In this document: piece by piece, positions 22,091 through 32,378 of the stretch
Position numbering within the stretch: the first letter of the stretch is position 1
Layout of the letters: each line of letters begins with the position of its first letter
DNA from: an uncultured archaeon
GTDB lineage: Archaea; Thermoproteota; Nitrososphaeria; Nitrososphaerales; Gagatemarchaeaceae
DNA: 64,000 nucleotides
Assembly: GCA_963799775.1 (NCBI GenBank)
Contig: CAWCYD010000003.1
Coordinates: 1,184,001 to 1,248,000 of the forward strand
Direction: 5' to 3'
Program-made: the position numbers and the translations under genes
Notes under the pieces: model-generated
What the model was told of the DNA's origin: nothing
What the model saw: only the letters and a program-made list of their open reading frames with translations
Database searches by the model: none

Positions 22091-22516
22091 ATGATGACCG
22101 CTAACAGCACGACAACGATACCTAAGGACGCAGCAGCATGGCTCAACCTGAGCTTCCAAGGGAAGAACAAGGACCTTGACGCGCTCTCTCAGCAGATAGA
22201 GCAGCAGCTCAAGGCTGATGGATACAAGACCCAGTCGATGAAGGCCCCGATCGGGAACATCGTCCAGGCCCAAAAGGCTGGAGTCCTCCGCGGAATCGTC
22301 GACGCGAACAGGGCGTTCTCGATACTCATCTCCGGACAGCCCAACGACTTCTCAGTCCACATCGGCATCGGGAAGTGGCTTCAGAACGCCGCCGTAGCAA
22401 TCGGTGAGTCGCTGATCTTCTCGCCGCTCGTCTTCCTCGTCGATGGTGGGGAGGTCCTCTGGACGACCCACGTCGAGAGCGGGATCGCGAAGCAGATAAC
22501 CCAAATCGTCGGCTGA
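22091..22516 (+). CDS. Hypothetical protein
   Basis: 141 aa ATG ORF with TATA-like box upstream. Confidence 0.7.
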   Translation: MMTANSTTTIPKDAAAWLNLSFQGKNKDLDALSQQIEQQLKADGYKTQSMKAPIGNIVQAQKAGVLRGIVDANRAFSILISGQPNDFSVHIGIGKWLQNAAVAIGESLIFSPLVFLVDGGEVLWTTHVESGIAKQITQIVG

Positions 22517-22610
22517 TCACTCAGACCAACGAGCCAGACTGGAGACCCGCGCCATGAAGAGCCCAACGCTCGTTCAAGAAACTCGAGCAAACGTCGATGC
22601 CGGGATGAAG

Positions 22611-23592
22611 ATGAGGGCGATCACTCGCACAAGGTACGGGTCTCCAGACGTTCTTCGGTTGGAGGATGTAGCCAAACCTACTCCCAATGACAACGAAGTC
22701 CTGGTGAAGATCAGTGCGGCATCCGTGAATGCGGGCGACTGGCATATCCTGAGAGGCAAGCCGTTCTTGATACGCCTGATGGGCTTTGGTCTGCTGAAAC
22801 CAAAGGGCAAGATCATAGGTGCAGACATCGCGGGGAGGGTCGAAGCTGTTGGCAAGAACGTGAAGCAGCTTCATCAAGGTGAAGAGGTTTTCGGAGACTT
22901 GGCCAAGTGTGGTCTCGGTGCTTTTGCCGAATATGCGTGCGTCCCCGAGAGTGCGCTAGCGTTAAAACCGGGCAACATTTCGTTCGAGGAAGCAGCGGCC
23001 GTACCCAGAGTAGGAGTCGTCGCTTTGCAGGCACTTCGCGACCATGGGCACATTCGGGCGGGGCAGAAGGTCTTGGTCAATGGTGCGTCTGGCGGTGTGG
23101 GCACTTTTGCGGTGCAGATCGCCAAATCGTTCGGAGCGGAAGTGACCGGCGTGTGTAGCACGAGGAATCTAGACAAAGTGCGGTCGCTCGGCGCTGACCA
23201 TGTCATCGATTACACCAAAGAGGATTTCACCAAGGACGGGCAGCAATACGACCTGATCCTTGCGGCCAACGGATATCATCCCATCTCAGATTACAAGCGC
23301 TCCCTAAAGCCCAACGGAACATACGTCATGAGTGGAGGTTCCAACGCCCAGCTCTTCCAATCTATGCTCCTATGGACCTCTGAACTCGATGACCGGGAAC
23401 AAAAAGATGGGCAGCATGATGCACAAGCCAAACCAAGGGGATTTGGACGTCATGAGAGATCTCATCGAAGCCGGCAAAGTCATACCTGTGATCGATAGAC
23501 GCTTCCCGTTGAGCGAGACTGCGGAGGCTATCCGATATCTTGAGCAAGGACACGCTCAAGGCAAAGTCGTCATCAGTATTTCCCCTGCGTAA
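22611..23592 (+). CDS. NAD(P)-dependent MDR alcohol dehydrogenase / quinone reductase 1 (frameshift near 23375)
   Basis: YGSPDVL, GADIAG, NGASGGVG, GADHVIDY, GKVVI. Confidence 0.88.
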
Positions 23593-23637
23593 CAAAGGGC
23601 AGTATCCGACCAAGACCCAATTGGAGCTTCCTTAGAT

Positions 23638-24661
23638 ATGAGCGGTCAGTCCCTCTCTCTAAAGACCGCTGAGAGAATGATAGCAATCGTCTGCACAAAG
23701 TACGGACCTCCGGAAGTCCTTCAGCTCAGAGAGGTGGGGAGGCCGACTCCCAAGGACAATGAGGTGCGGGTAAGAGTCCATGCGACGACTGTGACGATGG
23801 GAGATTGCGAGATTCGAAGGTTCAAGATGCCCGCATGGCTATGGTTGCTTGCGCGAATAGGATTTGGTTTCAGGGGCCCGAGAAAGAGAATACTGGGGCA
23901 AGAGCTTGCCGGGGAAGTTGAATCTGTCGGCAGAGACGTGAGCCAATTCAAGAAAGGCGACCAAGTCTTCGCCCTCACCGGTCTCCACTTGGGCGCGTAT
24001 GCCGAGTATGACTGCCTGCCTGCGAGAGGGCTGATCGCAACAAAGCCGGCCAACATGAGCTTCGAGGAAGCCGCCGCAATCCCCCTAGGCGGGCTTCATG
24101 CGCTACATTTTCTTCGAGAAGCGAAGATTCAGAGAGGCCAGAAGGTCTTGATCGTTGGTGCGGGAGGAAGCATAGGCACCGTTGCAGTGCAGCTAGCCAA
24201 GTCGTTCGGAGCGGAGGTGACAGGTGTAGACAGCACGAGCAAACTGGACATGTTGCGCTCCGTTGGTGCTGACAAGGTCATCGACTACACAAAAGACGAC
24301 TTTGCCAAGAGCGGTGAGAGCTATGATGTCATCTTTGACGTGGTGGGCAAGACATCGTTCTCGGTTTGCATGAGTGTCCCTCAAGGAAAACGGGTTCTAT
24401 CTGATGGGCAACCCAGGGCTGTCGCAGCTTTTCGGAAAGCTGAGGCGTTCGGGCAGCAAGAAAGCGATCGGCGGGATGGCGTCGTACAAGACCGAGGATT
24501 TGGTCATGCTCAGACAGCTCATAGAGTCAGGGAAGATAAGATCGGTCATAGACAGGCAGTATCCACTGGAGCGCATAGCCGAAGCTCACAGATATGTTGA
24601 CACAGGGCAGAAGGCAGGGAACGTGGTCATAACCGTGGGCCCAGACAGCCTGCACGGCTAG
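23638..24661 (+). CDS. NAD(P)-dependent MDR oxidoreductase 2 (frameshift near 24378)
   Basis: [33 protein letters not shown]. Confidence 0.88.
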
Positions 24662-24684
24662 CACTTTCTGAGGGTGCGGGCACC

Positions 24685-25653
24685 ATGAAAGCGATTGTGT
24701 ACACAAGATATGGGCCTCCGGAAGTTCTTCAAATCAAGGAGGTAGCGCAACCAGCCCCCAAGGACGACGAGGTTCTGGTCAAGGTTCACGCGGTCTCGTT
24801 GAACAGATCTGACTGGGAGAGACTGAGAGGCACGCCGTTGTTCGTCCGTTTCGGAGGGCTTCTACGACCTCGGCACCATATACTCGGGTCGGACATAGCC
24901 GGGCGAGTCGAGGCGGTTGGCAGAAAGGTCACGCGATTTCAGCCAGGCGACGAGGTCTTCGGAGACCTGATGGGGCCCGCGGGCGGGTTTGCCGAACATG
25001 TCTGCGTCCTTGAAAAGGCCTTGGCTTTGAAACCAGTCGGTCTGACGTTCGAGGCGGCGGCCACTATCCCGCAGGCTGGGGTAATCGCCTTTCAGGGGAT
25101 TCGCGACAAAGGACGGGTCAAACAGGGGCAAAAGGTTTTGATCAATGGCGCGGGCGGCTGCACCGGCACGTTCGCAGTGCAGCTCGCAAAATCATACGGA
25201 GCTGAGGTGACAGGAGTGGATAACAGGGGCAAGCTCGATTTCATGCGCTCGCTTGGGGCGGACCATGTCATCGACTACAACCGGGAAGACTTCGCCAAGA
25301 ACGGGCAGCAGTATGATCTCATACTGGATGTCGTCGCGAATCGGTCTGTCTTCGCCTACAAGAATGCGCTGAGGCCTAACGGGCTCTATCTTGCTGTCGG
25401 AGGTTCTCTATCGGCGCTCTTCCAGATCTTGTTCTTGGGAACATGGATTGGGGGGACGACGGGAAGAAAGATGCGCATCTTGGCCGTTCGACCAAGGCTG
25501 GAGGACATGCTCGCTATGGCGGAACTCTGTGAAACAGGCAAGATAGTCCCTGTCATCGACCGACGACTTGCGCTAGGTGAAGTTCCCGAAGGGCTACGGT
25601 ATCTGGGAGAAGGACGCGCCAAAGGAAAAGTCGTGATAGTCTTGGGTGCGTGA
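24685..25653 (+). CDS. NAD(P)-dependent MDR oxidoreductase 3
   Basis: YGPPEVL, GSDIAG, NGAGGCTG, GADHVIDY, GKVVI. Confidence 0.9.
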   Translation: MKAIVYTRYGPPEVLQIKEVAQPAPKDDEVLVKVHAVSLNRSDWERLRGTPLFVRFGGLLRPRHHILGSDIAGRVEAVGRKVTRFQPGDEVFGDLMGPAGGFAEHVCVLEKALALKPVGLTFEAAATIPQAGVIAFQGIRDKGRVKQGQKVLINGAGGCTGTFAVQLAKSYGAEVTGVDNRGKLDFMRSLGADHVIDYNREDFAKNGQQYDLILDVVANRSVFAYKNALRPNGLYLAVGGSLSALFQILFLGTWIGGTTGRKMRILAVRPRLEDMLAMAELCETGKIVPVIDRRLALGEVPEGLRYLGEGRAKGKVVIVLGA

Positions 25654-25687
25654 CGGGCCGCTTGACCCTCGATTCGGCACACCGGGC

Positions 25688-25720
25688 GTATTCTTTGTTA
25701 CAATTCGTAATTTTTCGTAA
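25688..25720 (-). promoter_or_regulatory. Phased operator array upstream of RHH regulator 1
   Basis: Reverse complement TTACGAATTGTAACAAAGAATAC plus an extra TTAC 10 bp away. Confidence 0.55.
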
Positions 25721-25817
25721 CCAGACCCAAAACGGGTACTTATCGCAACATGAGCATCAGTAATAGACAGTAGCGTCATGCTTAAGAAATTGCAGGCCCG
25801 ACCAACGTTGGGTTCAT

Positions 25818-26336
25818 ACGAAGCCGAAGACATCGACTGCCTCGTTCAGAGTGGATGAGCTGGCTCTAGACGCACTCCATAACGATGCGAAGAAGCAAAA
25901 TGTGAGCGTCAATACCTTGCTGAACCAGCTCCTACTTGGGTACGCGAGCTACGACCAGCCGATGAAGAGGTTCCAGATGATAAAACTACCCGCCGCGACC
26001 TTCAGATATGTCTTGCAGGCGGCCACCAACGAAAAGATAGCCGAAGCCGGTAGGCTGGCTGGGGACGACGTTCCCAAGACGTACATCCTCGCAAAGTGGG
26101 GTGTACTTACTCCTGAGAACTGTCTCGATTATCTGAGGGCCATGTCCAAGCACGCCAAACTCTTCGACTACAGTGAAGTCGTTCACGACGGAATGCTTAG
26201 CGTCACCTTGTCGCATGGCTTTGGGGCGAAAGGAAGCCTGTTCCTGCAGAACTACGTGACGGAGGTATTCGCACGGTCTGGCAAAGTGCCGAGGTTCTCC
26301 GCAGACGAGAATGCCGTCGTGTTCGAACTCTCCTGA
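25818..26336 (+). CDS. Ribbon-helix-helix transcription regulator 1 with C-terminal ligand-like domain
   Basis: KPKTSTASFRVDE...AKKQNVSVNTLLNQLL; paralog of 31065-31583; homologous start codon is ACG at 25818. Confidence 0.75.
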   Translation, partial: TKPKTSTASFRVDELALDALHNDAKKQNVSVNTLLNQLLLGYASYDQPMKRFQMIKLPAATFRYVLQAATNEKIAEAGRLAGDDVPKTYILAKWGVLTPENCLDYLRAMSKHAKLFDYSEVVHDGMLSVTLSHGFGAKGSLFLQNYVTEVFARSGKVPRFSADENAVVFELS

Positions 26337-26377
26337 CAGAGCATGAATTAGGCCGCGTCTCGCTCCTTCGCGTTCTC

Positions 26378-26400
26378 TGACAAATAGTTACGAAAAATAC
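26378..26400 (+). promoter_or_regulatory. 23-bp phased operator-like motif
   Basis: TGACAAATAGTTACGAAAAATAC upstream of HMA-like gene. Confidence 0.55.
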
Positions 26401-26443
26401 CATCACCCCATTAGCCTCGAGACCTGCCATTCACCGGACTACG

Positions 26444-26650
26444 ATGCGATCAAAGAGCGGGGATGCAATGGTGATCTTCAGGGTCGACAGAATGAGCAGC
26501 CGAGGACGAGCCAAGAACCTCGGGCTGGAGCTCGGCAAGCTTGATGGAGTCCGCGCAATTGAGTTCAACTACATCTTGGATACAGTGTCGATCAAATACG
26601 ACGGCAAGAAGCGGACTCTAGGTTTCATAAGAAACACGCTAGTCAAGTGA
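26444..26650 (+). CDS. HMA-fold-like small protein lacking CxxC
   Basis: LGKLDGVRAIEFNYILDTVSIKYD; paralog of 31702-31917. Confidence 0.7.
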   Translation: MRSKSGDAMVIFRVDRMSSRGRAKNLGLELGKLDGVRAIEFNYILDTVSIKYDGKKRTLGFIRNTLVK

Positions 26651-26822
26651 GCACCGAGTTGCGGCAGCGTTCCGTTGCCGCAAACCGGTCTCCTGCACGT
26701 CCTAAGTGCTCATTATCCGTTTTCCTGCTCGACGCTTCTTTACGGGGACCTTTCCCGCCAGGCGCCTTGGCGGCGCGCGCCTTTGCCGCTGTCATCCTGC
26801 CGCCTCTGCTCTTCTTTGCCAT
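26643..26822 (-). CDS. Small basic hypothetical protein
   Basis: MAKKSRGGRMTAAKARAAK; degenerate homolog near 41960-42090. Confidence 0.4.
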   Translation of the reverse strand: MAKKSRGGRMTAAKARAAKAPGGKGPRKEASSRKTDNEHLGRAGDRFAATERCRNSVLT

Positions 26823-26859
26823 TTTTGAGTTCACCCCCACTACTGTGTGCTTTTGGCCT

Positions 26860-27030
26860 CTAGAGTACTATTCCAAAGACGAGTGCTAGGACGAAGAGAA
26901 CGAGAAACAGGACAATCAATATCTTGGCGATGTCCATCGACAAACCTGCTACTCCCTTTGCGCCGAGCAAATAGGCGACGAGAGCTATGACCAGGAATAA
27001 GACGGCGAGTCCGAGTAACGATGTTGCCAG
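26860..27030 (-). CDS. DUF1328 (UPF0391/YtjA-like) small membrane protein; missing from ORF track
   Basis: Manual translation LATSLLGLAVLFLVIALVAYLLGAKGVAGLSMDIAKILIVLFLVLFVLALVFGIVL*; probable CTG start. Confidence 0.85.
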   Translation of the reverse strand: MATSLLGLAVLFLVIALVAYLLGAKGVAGLSMDIAKILIVLFLVLFVLALVFGIVL

Positions 27031-27080
27031 TCCTCATCGTCCCCTATCCAGCATCTCTGAATAGCGCCCTTTTGCACTAC

Positions 27081-27374
27081 TCAGGTGTGCTTATCGGTCT
27101 GCGTCTCGAGAAGAGCGCTCCGTCCGAGCAGCTTCTTGTCTAGGATGAAGATTATTACTTGGTCGCCCACGTCCACACCGACGTTTCCGCCGATGGGCTG
27201 GACCACGAACTTTCCGCCTCCGGTGAGCCTCGCCACCGTCGCTTCGACGACCGCGACGCCTGTCTTGGATTTGAAGACCGTCGCTCTCTCCCTGCCGCCT
27301 CCGGCCCTCGAGACGTTTCTGCCGGTGTCAGATTTTCGCTCTCTCTCAACCTCTTTGTCTGCGTCTGATGGCAT
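27081..27374 (-). CDS. Small beta-barrel-like hypothetical protein, copy 1
   Basis: Near-identical paralog at 42136-42429. Confidence 0.75.
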   Translation of the reverse strand: MPSDADKEVERERKSDTGRNVSRAGGGRERATVFKSKTGVAVVEATVARLTGGGKFVVQPIGGNVGVDVGDQVIIFILDKKLLGRSALLETQTDKHT

Positions 27375-27421
27375 GTCTAATTCGTGGCCCATATTCCTCA
27401 CGCGCGATATATGAATACCGT

Positions 27422-27444
27422 GTATTTTCTGCAATGGATTGTAA
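27422..27444 (-). promoter_or_regulatory. 23-bp phased operator-like motif
   Basis: Reverse complement TTACAATCCATTGCAGAAAATAC, 6 nt, TTCATATA, upstream of ATG 27374. Confidence 0.7.
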
Positions 27445-27525
27445 GATGAGAGAAGGGGTGAGCCTCGGTTGATACCTACGCTGGCAACACTCTAATAGAG
27501 AAGGGGGCCGGAAAAAAGAGTCGGC

Positions 27526-27762
27526 ATGAAAGAAGACAAGCGCGCCGAGTGGCTTGGCGCAGTTCTCTCGCTCCTCTATGAGTTCAACTGGCCAATGGGC
27601 GAGACGGAGATACTGCAGCGCTCGATGGAATCCTCGAACGTCGAGGACCTGCGTTCGCTGCTAGCTGATCTCAAGAAGGCAGAGCTGATTTCGGACGCTG
27701 TTCCCGGGAACTGGAAATTGACGAAGAAGGGGAAAGAACTCGTTAGAAAGTCGCTCGGGTAG
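27526..27762 (+). CDS. Small winged-helix protein
   Basis: LADLKKAELI...WKLTKKGKE wing motif. Confidence 0.65.
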   Translation: MKEDKRAEWLGAVLSLLYEFNWPMGETEILQRSMESSNVEDLRSLLADLKKAELISDAVPGNWKLTKKGKELVRKSLG

Positions 27763-28771
27763 GAAGAGCAGAGCGAAGAACTCGACGTAGTCCACTTCCG
27801 GTTTCCTCCCCATGAACCGCCAAAGCCACGCAGAAGGACGGCCGGCCAGCTCGCCTATCCGCGCCGGTTTTTGGGATAGTGGTCCTGGGCCGACCAATCC
27901 TGACGTAGGCAAAAGCGGCCGCACCGTAGAAACCAACGAAGAGGACGTACCCTATAACCTCGTGGAGACTCGTCAGCAATTGTAGCCCGCCGATGACGCC
28001 GGCCCACACGATTGCCGCTATCCGCAGAGCGTTAAGGACCACCAAGGCGACGGTGCCCAAGACGGCTATCATTGTCGTTGACGACCAGTCCTTCCCCAGG
28101 TCGATGTGCATAAGGGCGACGACGAGGAGGAAGATGCTAATCGAGGAGATGCTGCTGCAATATGGTGTTATGTCGATGCTCAGGCCCGTCCCCAGTCGAG
28201 AGGAGAACTGGATTTGGGGCCCTGGGAGCGCAGAGTAGGAGTAATGAACGCCGGAAGCGCTCAATATGGCCCTGCTGAAGAGCGAGGCCATGCCGACCAG
28301 CGGCCCACCTACGAGAGCGGTGAACGGGTCCACCAGGAGCGTCGCCGCCAGAAGCACCCCCGCGTATGGTAGAGTCATCTTCAGCGTTGACGGGTTGAGC
28401 ACGAGCGATACACCCCAGAAGACCAGGAACACCGGCAAGACGGCGACCGAAATGGAGTTCTCGTAACTCTTCAGCAGGGGGAGAAATATCAACGGCGAGA
28501 GCGTGAGCAAAAGCCCCGCCAGCCTAACCAGGGGCCTGGTCCGGAGGCCGCCCTCCTCCATGAGCAAGCCGCGAAAGTCCCGCCACCTGAGCAGAAGGAA
28601 GATTCCTACGAAGAGGACCGCCGCTATCGGGTAGTTGATGCCGAGATTCGACGGCGATATTCCGTCAAGCGACGAGATGAGAGTGGACACTTGTTGCGGA
28701 TAGAGCACCTGGCACAGGATCGCGGCCATGCCCAGCCATAGTGCCAGCCGATAGCGAACGTCTAGAGTCAA
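27743..28771 (-). CDS. Archaeosortase/exosortase family protein
   Basis: Multi-TM; ITPYCSS (Cys), LNALRI (Arg), LHEVIGY (His) catalytic triad. Confidence 0.85.
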   Translation of the reverse strand: MTLDVRYRLALWLGMAAILCQVLYPQQVSTLISSLDGISPSNLGINYPIAAVLFVGIFLLLRWRDFRGLLMEEGGLRTRPLVRLAGLLLTLSPLIFLPLLKSYENSISVAVLPVFLVFWGVSLVLNPSTLKMTLPYAGVLLAATLLVDPFTALVGGPLVGMASLFSRAILSASGVHYSYSALPGPQIQFSSRLGTGLSIDITPYCSSISSISIFLLVVALMHIDLGKDWSSTTMIAVLGTVALVVLNALRIAAIVWAGVIGGLQLLTSLHEVIGYVLFVGFYGAAAFAYVRIGRPRTTIPKTGADRRAGRPSFCVALAVHGEETGSGLRRVLRSALPTRATF

Positions 28772-28887
28772 GCCAGCCCTCCAATCTCTTGCCTTCTTCC
28801 TTCCTCATGAAAGGTTCTTGCCAGATGCCCCCACTTGGGAAGTACTTACCGTGAGGACGTTGTTAAATGAGTCGCTTGCGAGTTGGT

Positions 28888-29887
28888 CTATCTACTGCTG
28901 GCGAGCTGGAGCATTGTCAGAGCCCATGCGTCCGCTAGGCGAGTTCGTGCGCCGAGACTGACTCCCTTCCCCCTCATGAAGAGGTAGATTGCCAAGACCG
29001 GAACCGCTAGGACTAGGATTCCTGTTGGAAATTCTGGGACGCTAGGTCCATCCTGCTCCTGCCGTTAACGCATCAGTTATTTGTTCTGATGCGGCGGGCC
29101 ATCCGCTTGTAAACGAGCTGGAGTAAGTGCCTGCCGAACTTACAACGTCATACGAGACGCATGATATTGCTGCGCTTCCATAACACTGTGCATCGACTTC
29201 CGTGTTGGGGGCAGCCACGGCGAATTGAGTGGAAGATCCCTGAATGGCGCCTATTATCATGTCATTGGCGTTTGTAGTCGTGATTGCAAGGGTGAATGGC
29301 GTGGATGCACCCATGACTGTGGCCGGAATGCCGCCGTGTGGATCGAATGGGGAGGCCGTATTCGCACCCGAGACTGCGAAGGTGTAGATGGTATTAGTGG
29401 TGCCCGCCACAACTGCAGTCACAGTTATCGTGTCGGCAGTGAGCACACCCGATGAGACCGCCCAATATTCGTACAATATTCCCCCCGTATTGGAAACACT
29501 CGTGCGGAGGCTCCACGACAAGCTGTTTGCATCAGTCACGGTCGGTGGATTATCTGTAGGAGTAATAGTGGAGGTAAAGAACAGAATTATCACGTCGTTT
29601 ATGGTGCCTGTTGTCAGAGCAACGGTGCAAAATGGAGTGCAAGCGCCCTGGTACTTGGCGTTGCCGTCTAACGCAAGCGAAGTGGCATGCGCCGCGGGGA
29701 TGGAGGCGCCGAACAGGATGGCCAACGCCAAGGTCGCCATTAATGCGAGGCTGAGGACGCGCCTCGCGCCCCCAGACGTGGCATATTTCCCACCGGTCAG
29801 GAGCCCTGCGTAACCTTTAGAGTGTCGGAACTTGTAGAAGGATGAGTTCATCGAAACCGTCCCTGTCTTGTACATCGGGCCCCTCAC
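28888..29887 (-). CDS. Secreted Thr-rich protein with PEF-CTERM (frameshift near 29050)
   Basis: Signal-like LMATLALAILFGASIPAAHA; shifted frame reads GPSVPEFPTGILVLAVPVLAIYLFMRGK. Confidence 0.75.
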
Positions 29888-30069
29888 GTGGCGAGAACCA
29901 CTACAAAAGCCGAGCCGTCAAAAAGTTAGGAAAAAAGAAGCGGAATGGTCAAGTCTGGAGTCAAGGATGAGCAATAAGCCCAAATTCCCCGATGAAGCTG
30001 AAGCAAGATGTGTTCGGTTGATGACTCGCGGTTCGTCCTACTTGTGAGGAATCGCACCAGTCAAAGGCT

Positions 30070-30579
30070 TCAAAGCTTGTCGATGATTGAGGATGGTACC
30101 GACCTCTTCTTGCCTATGACACGGACTATCTCGCTCCATATCACATCTTTTACGTCATCAATAGCTTTCACCGATTCGAGCAGTTCAAGCAGTTCTGAAT
30201 TATCTTTGATGACCACCTCTGCCCTCAAATCAATCGTGTGCTCTCCAATGGAGCTGCCGACATACACAACTTCGTCGCGGCGTAACAGTTCTTGTGCGAT
30301 TGCCTGGGTGGCCCCGCCTCCAGTATAGATCAGCAAATCTACGCGCCTAAACCCCAGGTTTGCCAGATTAAGGGAGTAGGCATGTTCCAGATAGGTCCGT
30401 TGAAGATATCTTCGCCTTCGCTGGATGGTGCTGCGAGGGATTCCAAGTTTTACTCCCAACGTGCGGGAGGAAACTTCGCCTTCAGGTCCCCGAGGATTGA
30501 GGAAAATCTTCAGAATCTTCTTATCAACCGAGGAGAACTTTGTACCTCGCACATGGCTCTTCCCTGCAGCGACAGCCAT
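30070..30579 (-). CDS. Lrp/AsnC family regulator
   Basis: DKKILKI, LGIPRSTIQRR HTH, RAM-like C-terminus. Confidence 0.8.
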   Translation of the reverse strand: MAVAAGKSHVRGTKFSSVDKKILKIFLNPRGPEGEVSSRTLGVKLGIPRSTIQRRRRYLQRTYLEHAYSLNLANLGFRRVDLLIYTGGGATQAIAQELLRRDEVVYVGSSIGEHTIDLRAEVVIKDNSELLELLESVKAIDDVKDVIWSEIVRVIGKKRSVPSSIIDKL

Positions 30580-30936
30580 TGATTGGATTAGTGGCGCCGA
30601 TATATATTAAGATTCATTGGAACGGTTCCGAAGTCTCATCGAGGCATGAGCCCGATTTTCACTCTTGCTCCCTTCGACTCAAAGGATTCCCATCGCCGTC
30701 TGACAATTCTTGATCGTTCGTCCACCAAGAAAGCCCTATCCCACCGGTATCATTGCCGCTTTCTCTTCAGAGCTGAGCGAGTTTCTGTTGGTATGTGGTT
30801 CTTCCTGCCAACAACTTCTATAACCTGCGGAATGTCTGAAGCTGTAGAAGGATGAATACTTCCCGACCTGCCCTATCTTGTAGGACTTCGTTTTCGGAGC
30901 AAAGGTAGTCTACATCATATTGAATTTAGATCTTGC

Positions 30937-30969
30937 GCAATTTCTGCAACGAATCGTGTTTTCTTGCAA
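30937..30969 (-). promoter_or_regulatory. Phased operator array upstream of RHH regulator 2
   Basis: GCAA/GCAA/GTGT/GCAA at 9-10 bp spacing (reverse TTGC boxes). Confidence 0.45.
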
Positions 30970-31064
30970 TTGATTACTATAATGCAAGAGGATCGCCTTC
31001 AACGACCCCGAACTAGCATGACGTTAAGCAAATAAGTTGCGAATCCCAATAGCCTTACGCTAGG

Positions 31065-31583
31065 ATGAAGCCAAAGACGACCACGGCCTCGTTCAGATTG
31101 GACGAATCCTCGCTGGCCGCCATTCAAGAGGACGCAAGAAAGCAGAACGTGAGCGTTAACACCTTGCTGAATCAGCTTGTGCTGGCGTACGCCAAGTACG
31201 ATCGACCCATGAAGAGGTTTCATATGGTAAAGCTGCCGGCGTCGACCCTCAGGCACCTCCTTGAGGCGGCGACGAATGAGACGGTACACGCGGCCGGAAG
31301 CGCTTCGGGCAAGGACGTTCCGAAGACGTACATCAGGGCCAACTTGGGAGAGCTCACAGATGAGACCGCTCTAGATTATCTCAAGGTCACCGCCGACCAT
31401 ACGAACCTCTTCGAATATAGCGAGGTCGCACGAGACGGGAAGACTAGTATCACTCTCACGCATGATTTCGGTCCCAAGGGGAGCCTCTTCCTGCAGCGAT
31501 TCGTGCAGGCGATCTTCGAGCCGCTGAGAAGGACTCTAAAATTCGTTCCGGACGAGAACGCGGTCTCCTTCGAGCTCGAATGA
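31065..31583 (+). CDS. Ribbon-helix-helix transcription regulator 2
   Basis: MKPKTTTASFRLDE...ARKQNVSVNTLLNQLV. Confidence 0.78.
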   Translation: MKPKTTTASFRLDESSLAAIQEDARKQNVSVNTLLNQLVLAYAKYDRPMKRFHMVKLPASTLRHLLEAATNETVHAAGSASGKDVPKTYIRANLGELTDETALDYLKVTADHTNLFEYSEVARDGKTSITLTHDFGPKGSLFLQRFVQAIFEPLRRTLKFVPDENAVSFELE

Positions 31584-31627
31584 AGAACGGCAGCCCCCCA
31601 CCGGCACTCTAGGTACTCCGCTCCACA

Positions 31628-31650
31628 TTGCAATCTGCTACAGAAAATAC
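31628..31650 (+). promoter_or_regulatory. 23-bp phased operator-like motif
   Basis: TTGCAATCTGCTACAGAAAATAC. Confidence 0.65.
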
Positions 31651-31701
31651 GTGCCCTTCAATAGACACCGCGCTCCGGTTATACCGAGTTCCGATCGCGA
31701 T

Positions 31702-31917
31702 ATGGCACAGGAAGCAACGGCAATCCTGAAGATTTATGGCCTGCACGAATCGGGCCGAGCCCAGCGACTAAGGCGCGCTGCTGGCACGCTCGACGGAGTC
31801 GGCCTGGTGCATATCAACTACATCCTCGACAGCTTGACCATAAAGTATGATGCTGAGAAACTCACCCTCGCACAAATCAGGACGACTCTAGACCCGCGCA
31901 AATCTGCCCCGGTCTAA
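31702..31917 (+). CDS. HMA-fold-like small protein lacking CxxC, copy 2
   Basis: LDGVGLVHINYILDSLTIKYD. Confidence 0.7.
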   Translation: MAQEATAILKIYGLHESGRAQRLRRAAGTLDGVGLVHINYILDSLTIKYDAEKLTLAQIRTTLDPRKSAPV

Positions 31918-31956
31918 CCTCAGTCCGCAGGGAGCGCGAACGTTGCTCCCCTGGAA

Positions 31957-31991
31957 TTACATTTCCTTGCAGAAAATACGTCCACTTAAAA
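31957..31991 (+). promoter_or_regulatory. 23-bp operator motif plus TATA box
   Basis: TTACATTTCCTTGCAGAAAATAC-gtccac-TTAAAA, about 30 bp before ATG 32023. Confidence 0.75.
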
Positions 31992-32022
31992 TCAGCACTT
32001 CACCTCCGAGTTCCAGTTAGCA

Positions 32023-32340
32023 ATGTCCCAGAGAGAGAGGCACTCTAGAAGCGCTGCGGAACGGTCCCTGAGAGAAGCCCGAAGGGACTTTGACAGGAGG
32101 ATTGACGAAATCAGGGCTGAGCTCAGAGAGAAGGGGCCGGAGAAGACCGACAAGTCCCTCATGGACTTGAAAGCAGACTTGGAAGATACCCTCAGTGAGG
32201 CACGGGAAAGCCTTGAAAGTGCCCGCGAGAGCTATGATGATGCGCTCAAGATAGGTAGGGCGACCATACAAGAGCAACCTCTGACGTCAGTCGGAGTCGC
32301 GTTGGCGGTCGGGGTCGTAATCGGACTGCTCTTCGGATAA
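32023..32340 (+). CDS. DUF883/ElaB/YqjD-like tail-anchored protein 1
   Basis: Coiled N-terminus, IQEQPLTSVGVALAVGVVIGLLF. Confidence 0.85.
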   Translation: MSQRERHSRSAAERSLREARRDFDRRIDEIRAELREKGPEKTDKSLMDLKADLEDTLSEARESLESARESYDDALKIGRATIQEQPLTSVGVALAVGVVIGLLFG

Positions 32341-32378
32341 GACTAAGGACCAGTTTCTTGGAAAGAGCAAGGGATTAG

